Part shown: positions 10,258 through 20,800 of the stretch, piece by piece | Layout: every line of letters starts with the position of its first letter | How positions within the stretch are numbered: position 1 is the stretch's first letter | DNA from: Nemertoderma westbladi | Taxonomy: Eukaryota > Animalia > Xenacoelomorpha | DNA length: 34,210 nucleotides | Direction: 5' to 3' | NCBI GenBank assembly: GCA_032718475.1 | Contig: JAUCBJ010006462.1 | Coordinates: 1-34,210, forward strand | The notes under the pieces: model-generated | The model's database searches: none | What the model was told of the DNA's origin: nothing | The model's input: only the letters and a program-made list of their open reading frames with translations | Program-made: the position numbers and the translations under genes

Positions 10258-12300
10258 ATGACACCCGAGCTCTTCGATAGTATCACCTTTGCTCAGCGTT
10301 TGTCGCAGAGACTACAGATACCTCATGTCGAGATGACGCGAGAACCTCAGCCCCATCCTACTAAAGCGATAGTACCAGTCGCGAGACCAACCAGCTTTCC
10401 TATTAGTATACCGACCCGAGAGGAGACAACTTATGAGATTCCTATAGTTGAACACCCGGAGATCATTTCGAACCTGGATTTCCTCCCATCGGTTACCTTT
10501 GGTGATGTGTTAGAGTCAGCCGAGTTGCGTAGAACGATAGTTCAGAAAATCGTACGCAACTTGCCTCCACATATTACGGACTTTAAGGAAGTGGATCGCA
10601 CGGGGACGGATATCGCACCTTGCATCTTGCGAGGATATCTGATGAAAACGATTCGATTATGGATCGGAGTCGGCACGTTTGAGACCGACACCGATATTGC
10701 GACCAATTGGACCGGAAAACCTATTAGTTTCAATGATGAAAAGTCCATAGGGAGAATTTGGAACCCTACCGACGATTTACTCGACGATTGGGACGCAACT
10801 AGCCGATCTCTGAAGGAGAATGATTATATGTTTTACGATAATGAAGGAGGAAGCCATCAGCAAAGCCTCACTTCAAAGACCATACAGATTCGAGCACCAG
10901 ATGGCGTGTTACATATCTTCAGCCGACAAAGGAGCGACATAAAGATGCCTATGCCGGAAGGAACGACGCAAAGACACGCGATGATAAAACGGATAGTTAA
11001 ATCCATGGACCTGGATTGTAGCATAGAAGCTAGAATGTTGTCAAAGGCCGTACAAGACGTTGTACTTGATAAAAGTATCGTCAAGATCGGATCCGGTGTA
11101 TGGGATGACTTTATTAGCAATTTCGCAGGAATGCCCACGGAGGAAGATCGATTGCCAACGCCATACATGGATACTAGACCATTGTTGCTTTGGGCTATTG
11201 AGCAAGGATATTTCAGGGAGTATAACACGCTAAAAACTGGAACGGGTTATATCTCATACCTAATGTTTAGTTGGGATTATAAGGAGAGCAAGAGGAGCAA
11301 ATACACGTACGTATACGGTGAGGGAGATACCCCCGGCGTAAACGAGTTCGAGTCACAGTTGAAGTGGCGAGGTTGCGTGTACTGGACGATTACCTCACCT
11401 CCACGAATAATCTTGCAATACTATTTGGCAATAGAATCTTCAGTAAACGTTTGCTTCATCGCCGATGTAGTGTCTAGGACTCTAAAGCGACATCCGTTAT
11501 GTCTCGGTGAAGGACATACCTTTTACGACGGAGGAAGGACGCATACTGATGTATTCCGCCGATTTCTCCAACCCTTTTATAACACCGATGCGCACTGCGA
11601 AGTTTTCACGCGAGCGGGACTTAGCGTTTTCAGGGACGTCTATCTCACTCACGCGGGAAGCCTAGCCGACAGACCGTCGATGTTGACATTGGTACCCTAC
11701 GACGGGGAACGCCATGCGGAATTCAAAGGCCTGGAAGGATCCTGGAAGGCTCGCGAGCCTACCGCCCATCACGACAATTCAGATCCGACTGAGTTTGCGA
11801 TAATAGACGAACTGTTGCGGAAACTCATAGAGATAGAGGAGAACCTTCCGAGAAAGACGCGAACTGAGATACGCGAGTTGGAGAAAAGCGATGCCATGGT
11901 TTGTGTACAACCTACGGAGACAAACATACCGACTGACCCGGATGATGAGAATTATCACGTGGACAGTAGCGCTCGCCCCATCGGAGATCTCATCTATGAG
12001 CGAGTTTGGTACCCTGCCAACACTATTTGTGGCAGATGCGGGGCAACTGGCCACCACGCAAAGAAATGCGGAGCGAAACATATATCTCTACCGGACTTAG
12101 TATGTAACTGGTGTGGGGATCAACGTTCGCACACTTTCTACACTTGCTGGCGTTTCGTGGCGCAATGCACATATTGTAACATTAAAGGTCATAGGGCATC
12201 AGAGTGCCAACTTAGGGACATCCCCTATGAGCATATGTCAGTTAAAATCATTCGACAGCTATTCGACCATTGGGGGAATCTAGCAGATGAGCATGTATGA
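10258..12300 (+). CDS. Cargo ORF B, 680 aa, with three C-terminal CCHC-type zinc knuckles
   Basis: 2-kb open frame; CGRCGATGHHAKKC, CNWCGDQRSHTFYTC and CTYCNIKGHRASEC at 12028-12207. No signal peptide or TM segment visible, so not a classical env. Confidence 0.8.
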   Translation: MTPELFDSITFAQRLSQRLQIPHVEMTREPQPHPTKAIVPVARPTSFPISIPTREETTYEIPIVEHPEIISNLDFLPSVTFGDVLESAELRRTIVQKIVRNLPPHITDFKEVDRTGTDIAPCILRGYLMKTIRLWIGVGTFETDTDIATNWTGKPISFNDEKSIGRIWNPTDDLLDDWDATSRSLKENDYMFYDNEGGSHQQSLTSKTIQIRAPDGVLHIFSRQRSDIKMPMPEGTTQRHAMIKRIVKSMDLDCSIEARMLSKAVQDVVLDKSIVKIGSGVWDDFISNFAGMPTEEDRLPTPYMDTRPLLLWAIEQGYFREYNTLKTGTGYISYLMFSWDYKESKRSKYTYVYGEGDTPGVNEFESQLKWRGCVYWTITSPPRIILQYYLAIESSVNVCFIADVVSRTLKRHPLCLGEGHTFYDGGRTHTDVFRRFLQPFYNTDAHCEVFTRAGLSVFRDVYLTHAGSLADRPSMLTLVPYDGERHAEFKGLEGSWKAREPTAHHDNSDPTEFAIIDELLRKLIEIEENLPRKTRTEIRELEKSDAMVCVQPTETNIPTDPDDENYHVDSSARPIGDLIYERVWYPANTICGRCGATGHHAKKCGAKHISLPDLVCNWCGDQRSHTFYTCWRFVAQCTYCNIKGHRASECQLRDIPYEHMSVKIIRQLFDHWGNLADEHV

Positions 12301-13196
12301 GCATGAGCAGACGAGCACAGCAACGCCGTTTCCCTATGAGAGCACACTTGGGATTTTGGGCCGTAAACCCTCTCATAATGTCGAAAGAAGGATATGTGTC
12401 AGCTATGCCTCAATACGATGAACTCTTGGAGGTGCTGGATATATTGCCTTTGGATAGCGGATTTAAGGCTGTTCGGGACTACTTTCTACAGGTACACCCC
12501 GACAAAAAGAACACATGGAACTTTCAAACTGTGGTGAACAAGATTACCGCCGGGGAATTCGACAAATTGCGAGTCGAACAGCGGAATCGAGGAGCCTGGC
12601 ATTCGATAGCTTGGGCATACCAGAGCGCATTTTATCACAAATGCGTAACCTCGTGTATTCTAGATGAGGCAGGCGTTCTGCGTGAGACTGGCTTCAAGGC
12701 CACGCCATTAACCGAAAAGACTCGACACCCACAGGAAGATCCGCAACTTCGTATACTTAGAGCCAAGAAGGCCGCACAAGAAATAAAAAAGGTAGTAAAT
12801 GTCGCCAAGAGGACGGCATCGAAGTCGCAAATCCGGATGACTCGGGGCACGGTTTCCCTCGCTAGAGAACCAAGTGGAGGGACAGGATATGCTTTGCCGG
12901 AACCCATTAGAATTCAGACGACGTCAGAGAGTTAGGTGTCAGCGGACGGAACAGTCCAACCCTTTAGACTTCCTCCTAGCGTTGTGGAGACTCGATCAGA
13001 TGTTAAGCCAACAATTGGAATCGGACGAGGATTTAGAGGACTGAGCGCACGACGGATGTGTGAAACTCCCGTCATCCCCTTTCCTAGCATTTTGGAACCA
13101 CCGACAGCTCAACACCGAAGTCCGAGTCCAGTTCGATCCCGACCACCACCCAATCGTATTAGAGGGCATGGACGAGCCCATTCGGCTAAGGAATAG
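12297..13196 (+). CDS. Cargo ORF C, 212 aa basic protein, plus in-frame 86-aa extension after a single TAG (12933-12935)
   Basis: ATGA overlap with the ORF B stop. The frame stays open past the TAG to 13196 (R/P/S-rich tail), so this is either a nonsense mutation or readthrough. Confidence 0.65.
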
Positions 13197-13384
13197 GAGA
13201 GCGAGATGAAGGAAGGAAGGCTTGCGAGCCTACTGATTTGGATATTTGTATTTGGATATTATATTTGGATATTTATATTGGATATTTATATTGGATATTT
13301 ATATTTGGATATTATATTTGGGTATTTATTTTAGACGTTGGTTTTGGAGGAGCGAGATAGAGAAGGAAGGCTTGCGAGCCTACC
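13197..13384 (+). repeat. Duplicated ~38-bp unit containing the hairpin motif, flanking a TTGGATATTTATA minisatellite
   Basis: GAGCGAGAT...GAAGGAAGGCTTGCGAGCCTAC at ~13200 and ~13350; ~12-13-bp units at 13238-13330. Confidence 0.85.
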
Positions 13385-13987
13385 GTTAGCAATCAGTGCT
13401 CAGGAGAAGGTATCCAGACCAGCAGGACGAACTTTTTTGCTTGTCAGGAGGACACTTTAAGACTTATTTGAAAGTTATTAGCGCATTATGTTTGTTTTAT
13501 ATTTGGACTGATTTAATTTGGTGAATTTATTATGTATATTTGCAATATATGAAGATTATTGAAAGTTTGAAATTATTTGTTTTGATTTGTTCTAATTTAT
13601 TTAATTTGCTTATCTTGATAACCGAAAGCTCTTTTTTTTGTATTTTATGCACTAAAGTTAATTGGTAAATTTGTATTTTGTATGTATGATAGATTGTATT
13701 TACGCCGTACCTGCAATATTAAGTATGCAATAATTAGGTAGTGATTATTTTTATATTTTAGGCCCCCCCCATTAGACTTAGAAATATTTTGTAAATAGTT
13801 TATATTTCGATTGGTGAAAACAGTCTTACTTACTGTTTTCATGGAGCGGTGATGGATTATTTCACTATAAGATAGCATTTGTAGTTTAACGTAAAAACTT
13901 TCTAAAATCTGATGCATTTTGATTAAATTACAGTAATGTAATATGCCTATTCATATTGGTACACATAAAACCCATAGGTAATCTAAT

Positions 13988-14071
13988 GGCGCAGTGGTCA
14001 GATGGTTAAGGCATTGGTTACATTACAGATAGGTTACGAGTTCGAATCCCAGTCGGGAAATGTGCATTTTT
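13988..14071 (+). other. tRNA-derived Pol III promoter (SINE-head-like or tRNA pseudogene)
   Basis: A box TGGTCAGATGG (13995-14005), B box GTTCGAATCC (14040-14049), T5 run at 14067-14071; acceptor and T stems do not pair. Confidence 0.65.
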
Positions 14072-14143
14072 GGGCAATTTATTTTCATTTGATATAATTT
14101 GACAAACCGATGAGGTGCGTACAACATATGGAATGATGAGTTG

Positions 14144-14270
14144 GGCCAATCATAGGGCATGGAACATCTTATTGCTCCAATGTGAGGCCATGGAATGCTC
14201 TGGAAGGTTCTAGCAGATTCTATGTCCCAGATTTAGTATATAAGGGCCGGTTTGCCTTCAGTTATCACTT
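14144..14270 (+). promoter_or_regulatory. Pol II promoter-like module: CCAAT, heat-shock-element array, TATA, Inr
   Basis: GGCCAATC at ~14143; gGAAt-gCTCt-gGAAg-gTTCt-aGCAg-aTTCt at 14192-14221; TATATAAG at 14237; TCAGTT at 14258 and TCACTT at 14265. Confidence 0.55.
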
Positions 14271-14500
14271 ACTCACTTCACTAGTTAACACCACTCGTAG
14301 AACTTGTTTCTAGTTACCATTTCTCTTGCTTAGAACTTTATTTGTTATAACTCTTTAGATCTGTTTGATAAATCTTTGTAAAACTGTAAATATACTGTAA
14401 ACTTCTGAACATGTATATTTCCAAACGTCCACCATTGGGACAGCTAAGCATTTGGAAGATGGCCGCCTAGACCGTTAGGCCGTCAGCAACGCAGGGAAGA

Positions 14501-16132
14501 TGTCCACAACACGCTAGCGCCCACATTAGATTAGATCGCGCATCCCCTTCGCTCTTCGAAATACTCCACTTTGCCATGCAGCGCCCAATTTCCGAGGAAG
14601 GTAAGACTTTGTTTGACGCCATTGCCTGACGTAAGACCTATAGATAAGGGTAAGCGTGATGCCGTCCTGGGACGCCGCAAAATTTAGGATCAAATAACTA
14701 GATTCGGACCGAACCCCCGTATTACAAATCCCTGGGTTAACCTGTATATCTCACAGGTGTGAAATATTGCCGTTCGTCAGTACGCGAGTACATATTAGGT
14801 ACAGACAGCATATGTTCCATAATTTAGTGATTCGTAATACTGACAGTTCGGTACCTGTTTGCTTTGTAGAACATACATTAGTACCCCCACCCCCCCCTGT
14901 CTGAACCTTAGTTATTTGATCAGGCAAGGAGTATTTCTGCTACCGGCACTTCGCTTGGCCTAGGGAGGTTTATTAATATCCTACCGCGCCTTGCCACGTA
15001 CTGATAGGTATTGCTGCTAACCACCGCGGCAACAAAGTTCTAGAATCAAATTTGTATACCAGATCAGCTAACGTACAGTAGCAATTAACCCCTATTTCTT
15101 ATCTTACAACCAGAATCTGGTATTTGTGCCGATCACGGGTGTAGTTACTAACACCGTAATTGCCCGGTTGAGTTGTGGATAGGAAGGAGAGAGCTTTGAC
15201 GTCATTTGTAAGTATAAAGTTCTACAAAACGCGACTAGCGTATTTTCGTAGCTAGCGCACAGTATCGTTTTGGTCAGAAATTACTAAAACCTAGTAAAAT
15301 GATATACACCAAAATTGTTTTATTGTAACACACCCACACACACACGCCCTAAAACATATTTACCCTTAGAATTCTACTAGTTATAGCGCACTTTAGATTA
15401 CTTTTAGGCAGAATTTATCTGTAATTTACTATTTGTAGTTTGTAAATTTAGGATCTGATATTTAGTTATGGCAAGAAGGAGTATTTATTTCGTTATTAAA
15501 CTGTTGTTTGGTCTGAGCAGCGGTATTGTTACTTTAGGCACGACTCCCTTTAGACTGATTTTGTACATGGGATAGGTATTGTTACACTAGGTCTGTTAAC
15601 CCACTAGCTCGTATATAAACCATATAAATCACACCGCGGCAAGTTACGGTATTTAGGTCTGTCAGCGATAGTTAGGATTCACTGCGCGGGGATTGTTTTC
15701 CCGTGAGTTTGGTCTGTTACTGTAACTGTACATCTGCCTCTCCGGTTAGAGGACAGGTTTCCTTTTGTCCAGTTCGTAGGCATTAGACCCGCTCACGTAC
15801 CTAGAATAGACACTAGGCTCTGCTCCTTGCCAGTAGTCGTTTGTGTATTGTATCTGTTTGATTAGATACCCTGGACTGGGATTTGTTGTCAGATACTGTA
15901 CGAGTCCATTACATTACTAGATCTTACGGTAAGATACATCGTTACTAGGATCTGGTAAGCGGTATACTACTGGACTCCACAGTAAGGGATATTCTATAGC
16001 TTCGTATTAGTAGATTTGTAGGCTGTGGGATAGTTCTTATCGTAGAGGATCTTTCAAACTGAATGGCTGATTGACCATCGTGTATCAAACGAAACAGTCG
16101 GCCGAGGCCGGATGTAAAAGCTTTTGTGGACA
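14501..16132 (+). repeat. Long LTR (1632 bp), probably the 3' LTR of element 1
   Basis: 9-bp inverted termini TGTCCACAA...TTGTGGACA; purine tract GCAGGGAAGA just upstream; TGACGTCA at 15197 and TATAAA at 15213. No second copy in the window; flanks GAAGA/TAACA are not a solo-LTR TSD. Confidence 0.6.
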
Positions 16133-16415
16133 TAACAAGTCATTTTTACGCAATGCGCTGAATACTCTAAAAAGGCCTAGAATTGTTCAACTACGTGTCG
16201 GTCAGAAATAAACTGAGATGAATCTGTCAGCTGATTCTTTGTGTACGTGGAGGTTTCTTTGTTTGGACATATTTTTAGCCAATCAGAGCAACCTTCCCTG
16301 TTATGCCAATAGAGCCCTATAGAAAATGTCGTAATGCGGCTATTTTTTCTGAGAATCCTATTCCATTCTGGATTCAGCCCTAAGTCCAGACGTTTCAGAC
16401 TTTGGCCCGAGAACA

Positions 16416-17914
16416 CTACTACTACTACTAGGATCGGCATGCTGCATTGGAGCTGCATTTTTAAGAATGCTGTGCCGGCTTGTCAACAAAATTGCACCAC
16501 CACAACTCCCTATCACCCATGACATTTGCTAGATCATCCGCATCTTTAAGGCCAGTGTCCTTTAAGATGCGTCTCAAGAAAGTCATGGGCTGTCCACCAT
16601 GCTTATTCACTCCATGAGGCTGCCAAAGTACAAGATTATGCACTGGCTGGTCCTCACAGCGAAAGCAATGTCCTGCAAAGCGGAGGCGATTTTGTTCTAG
16701 TGTCAAGCTTGGGGGAACCAATGAGACACCTCCAATGTTATATAGTGTCTGGTTGGAGATGTGTGCATTGTACTTGCCACAATGAACCCGGCGTAGCATT
16801 CTTGTGAATGTGCCATCCAGAGAATTGGTGTCCTCAGCAGTTAGAGCCCAGCATGGACTCCCGTAGAGGAGTACTGGAACTAATGCTGCTCTAAATAATC
16901 GGACCTTAAGTTTCCGATTAATTCTCGGTGACTTCCAAATCCTGGAAAGCCTATTCAAGGCTGCCCATGCCTTTCCCTTACGTATTCGAAGGTCCTCACC
17001 TGACTTCCGGATCCATGATCCCAGGTAACAGAAGTCGTCCACATGCTCAAGCATACCATCATTTGAGCTTATGCTCATCCGATTAGAGACTTGCTGAGGA
17101 CTTTCATAGTTAACGGTCGGAATTTTGGTCTTTCTGGAGTTAATAAAAAGACCAACAATAGAAGCAGCATGTTCTAATGAGCTGAGGAGCCGTTGGGCTC
17201 CCTCTAATGATTCTGAGAGTACTCCTAAGTCATCAGCAAATTCTAGATCAGTTAGGTACTTGGCAGGATTTCCTCGACTTCTGGAGCCAGTAGGTGGAGT
17301 TATCATCACCCCATCATCATTATGATGATCTAAGGACATGCGTAGAACATAGTCAACCACAATAATGAACAAGAATGGTGCAAGTGTGTCTCCTTGGAGG
17401 ACGCCCCATAACACTTCAAATGGTTCTGTGTCACCGTCAACAGTAGAGACAAATGTTGTCGAACCATCGTATACTGATCTGATTGCTGCAATAATTTCAT
17501 CAGGAATCCCATATAATGAAAGTATGCTGAACATATGTGAGCGAGAGACTGAATCAAAGGCCTTGAAGAAGTCAACAAAGATAACAGCCAGATGCCTGTC
17601 TTTCTTTTTTGATAATTCTTCAATTATCCTTCTAAGTGCCAAAATGGGCTCCATGGTCCCACGACCTTTATGGAACCCATTCTGATTTCCACGGAGCAGT
17701 CTCTCAATGGGATCCCTGATGCGATTTAATAGAATCCTATTGTATAGCTTTGTAGCAATCGAGATCAATGAGATTCCCCAAAAATAACCATAGAGTATTA
17801 GGTTGCCCTTCTTGGGAACTGGCACCAACTTATTTTTTTTCATTTCTTGTGGGGCTCTTGTTGTTCGGTACATGTCTACTATGATGGGATAGATCAGGTA
17901 TTTTAAAGACCTGT
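16416..17914 (-). mobile_element. 5'-truncated RTE-clade LINE (RT domain and C-terminus), (TAG)n tail, 24-bp TSD
   Basis: RT motifs QNGF, FVDFFKAFDSV, GVLQGDTLAPFLF, LEFADD, FCYLGS, RLRFAGHC. TSD GTTTCAGACTTTGGCCCGAGAACA at 16392-16415 and 17915-17938; empty site at 30301-30324. Confidence 0.93.
16461..17914 (-). CDS. Non-LTR reverse transcriptase, open but lacking endonuclease and native start
   Basis: Part of ORF 16461..17990; the first ~25 codons come from the TSD/LTR flank. Confidence 0.85.
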
Positions 17915-19022
17915 GTTTCAGACTTTGGCCCGAGAACATGTGATGGCTGGAGTTATAAGAACGCAAATCTATTAACTTATCATACCGCATCTTATTTCAT
18001 ACGCATTTCATGCGGCATCTTAACACTCTTATAACACATACTGATACATACATACTTAAGCAGAAGGGTCTACCGGTAGCAACTGCGACTCAAATTATAG
18101 TGGTTTTTGTGTGGATTAAATACTATTTCATAATCCCTACATGTGTCAGTTGCAATCCTCCTTATATATGATAAAAATCAGTGATGGTCGGCAATTTAGT
18201 GTGAATTAGTGTGAAGTTGTGTGAAGGTTAATAAAGCATCTCCTAAAGAATGCGCTATTTGCGAGATTCTATAGCTATCTAGTTGTGATTAGTGTAAGTC
18301 ATAACTCTGTTTTATACTTAAAGCGCCACGTCCTAAAGGAACTGTTAATATTTCCCCGAAAGTAAATATAGTTGTCGGAGATTATATAGTAGCGATCAAT
18401 CGAATAATACAAAGTAGCCTACACCGCAATAACTTTCTCTGGACCCGAATCCAGTCTCCCACACAGTGGGTCATACGCCGCGCACGGACTGGCTTCGGCG
18501 GATGTAAAGTCAGTACACCAGGTAATTGGTAAGGGGAAAAGTCGATTTATAATTAAAGGGACATTTAAATTGGCAGGTTAACTGCTAAAAAGTCTAAAAG
18601 CGCGAACATTAATAGATTTAGTTTATTTTATTGCCCAGTAGGCAATAAACCCAAAATGTACCAGTCGGATGGTAAACTTTAGGCCTAGTACCCGAACCGG
18701 TACTTACAGCAGTATTAATTTGTTGTGATAATTATATACCGGTAGGTCTTAATATTTAATTGGGGACTGCAGCCCTGGTTTTTATTGGGATTTTACTTAT
18801 TTCTGTTGGCTTATTTATCTGTAAGTGTAATATTGAGCAGAAGGCGTGTAAGCCTGCTCAGATTTTATAAATAACTTATAGGCCAGATTGTTGTCTGATT
18901 GTTTTTATGTCTGAGGCGATTACAGTGTATGTAGGGTGTCTGTCCGATAAAGTGCTAGTTAGGAAAGTGGAGGCATCCAGTGTTATAAGGTAAACCCTCC
19001 GCGAAGGAATAAGTCGTACTAC

Positions 19023-19984
19023 GTAGTCTGCCAGCATTTGGTCTATGTTTTATTTGAATAGTCTGTACAGGTAGCGTAATATTTATTATTCAGAGTTTAT
19101 GCAAGTAATTTGCAACCTTCATGTCCCCAAGTTTATTCCTTACAGTAATTATGCTTTTTATGCATACCGTTATAGCTAAATTAACTCCGGTACTACTTCA
19201 GGACTTGGCGTAGGACAGACTGGTGATTTAGTGCTCCGATCACTCCAGCAGATACCGTGGTTCTTTTGGCTGTTCACGTATATTTAACTGCAAGTTATAT
19301 GTTGTATAAGTGCTAGTACCTAATTTAGGGTTTAGAGTACAGTGCTATCCTGAAAGTTAGTTTAGTGCGTAGGCAGTATATTTCTGTTATATTTCTGTTA
19401 TATATAGTAACGATCAATCGAATAATATAGTAGGTCTGCACCGCAATAACTTCAAAGCACCCGAATCCAGTCTCCCTTAACTGTGGGTGAATGATCGCGC
19501 ACAGACTGGCTTCGGCGGCGCGGATGTAACTTCAGTACATTAAATAATTGGTCTAGGCTAAAGTCGATATACATATGCTGCATATGCTGCATATACTGTA
19601 GTTTATTTAGGCTTGACAGTAGTCTGCCAGCATTTGGTCTGTATTTTGTTTGTATAGTCTGCACGGGTAGCGTAATATTTATTATTCAGAGTATATGCGA
19701 GTATTCGCAACCTACATACCCCCAAGTTTATTCCTACAGTAAGTGTGCTTGTTATACATACCGTTATAGTTAAATTAACCCCGGTACTACATCAGGGCTG
19801 CTTGGCGTAGGTAAAGACTGGTGATTTTGTGCTCCAGTTTCTCCAGCAGATACCGTGGTTCTTTTAGCTGTTCAAGTATATTTAACTGCTAGTTATTTGT
19901 TGTATAAGTACTTGTACCTAATTTAGGGTTTAGAGTACATTTCTTTCCGAAAGTAATTTAGTGTGTAGGCAGTATATTTGTGTT
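19023..19984 (+). repeat. Diverged ~365-bp direct duplication in the leader (19023-19388 and 19619-19984) with an LTR-derived spacer
   Basis: Both copies start GTAGTCTGCCAGCATTTGGTCT and end AGGCAGTATATTT; 19401-19570 resembles LTR A 18384-18550. Confidence 0.9.
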
Positions 19985-20800
19985 GTAAAGTGGTTAATAG
20001 GCACGTTAGCTCTGGTTGGCTGCGGTAATTAACTTCTAGGTAAGGACACTCCGGGTACATAACGTAGTACTTATAGAGCTAAGAATATAAGTCGTCAGAC
20101 GGTGGTATTTTCTTATCTGGACAACGCAATTTACTTACTACTGCTTTATTGTTTTCAAATACCGTAGTATCCTGTCAGTTTGTAACAACCAGAAATTCTA
20201 ACTCCTTGTTAGGCTGGTTTGTAGATTTCTTGTAAAATTACCCAAAAATTTGTATGTGTAACTTTTTAGTGTATATTTAGAGATTGTAGTCTCAAACTGA
20301 GATTGTAAGTAATTTGTAGTGATAAGTAACTTAGTAAAGTAGAATTATTCGTTTTAGTGTCCATCAAGTAGCACTCCACTGAGAGCGAACAGCTTCTGTG
20401 TAGTGACTCCTTACCCAGAAATAATAACATTTATTTCAAACATTGACAAAACCCCTTGTACGGGTATATATATATTATAAATCAACTCAAACCGATTTAT
20501 AAAATAGTAGGCCTGTTATACATCCATTAGGTCTTAATATCAGTTGAACTACTGCTTAATAACAAATATAATAATTCGTAATAAGTAATAAGTAATATTA
20601 ATACGTAATAAGTAAAGGGAAGTAACCCTAATAATTCAGAAATACAGTTATTATAAAATAATTGACATTACCGGTATTCAAAGTAGGCTTATTATATATT
20701 TATATAAATTAGGCTCAACTTATATACTGGTATTCTGTGACTGATCCTAGTCTGTAGTAATACTGTTATATATACAATAGGTATATACTGTAAATAAATT

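Larger units (their letters stand above)
1..16132 (+). mobile_element. BEL/Pao LTR retrotransposon (element 1): decayed gag-pol, internal deletion, extra ORFs; 5' end outside window
   Basis: BEL-type gag, Cys/His knuckles, protease and RT N-terminus in order on +. A shared 20-nt motif links 150-13384. Ends in a purine tract followed by a TG...CA block (14501-16132). Assigning that LTR to this element is inferred. Confidence 0.75.
16327..18608 (+). repeat. LTR copy A (probable 5' LTR of element 2), interrupted by an RTE LINE
   Basis: Starts TGTCGTAATG, ends GCGCGAACA; near-identical to 30236-31128 apart from the LINE and a ~130-bp indel near 18043. Confidence 0.85.

Noticed and set aside
10251-10260. 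TAAGGAG as a Shine-Dalgarno site, implying a bacterial or phage operon
   Set aside because: Zero spacing to the ATG, no such site before the other ORFs, and the cassette shares the retroelement motif and has splice signals.
150-13384. Palindromic 20-nt repeat as a CRISPR array or bacterial REP element
   Set aside because: Spacing is irregular (78 bp to several kb), copies lie inside ORFs, there are no cas genes, and the context is eukaryotic.
13988-14060. Functional tRNA gene
   Set aside because: A and B boxes are present, but the acceptor, anticodon and T stems do not pair.
13937-14411. Defined solo LTR with TGT...ACA ends
   Set aside because: Flanks AGTAA and TGTAT do not form a TSD; boundaries are unsupported.
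17915-17990. N-terminus of the 509-aa RT ORF as a genuine start
   Set aside because: It lies in the TSD/LTR flank; the LINE is 5'-truncated.
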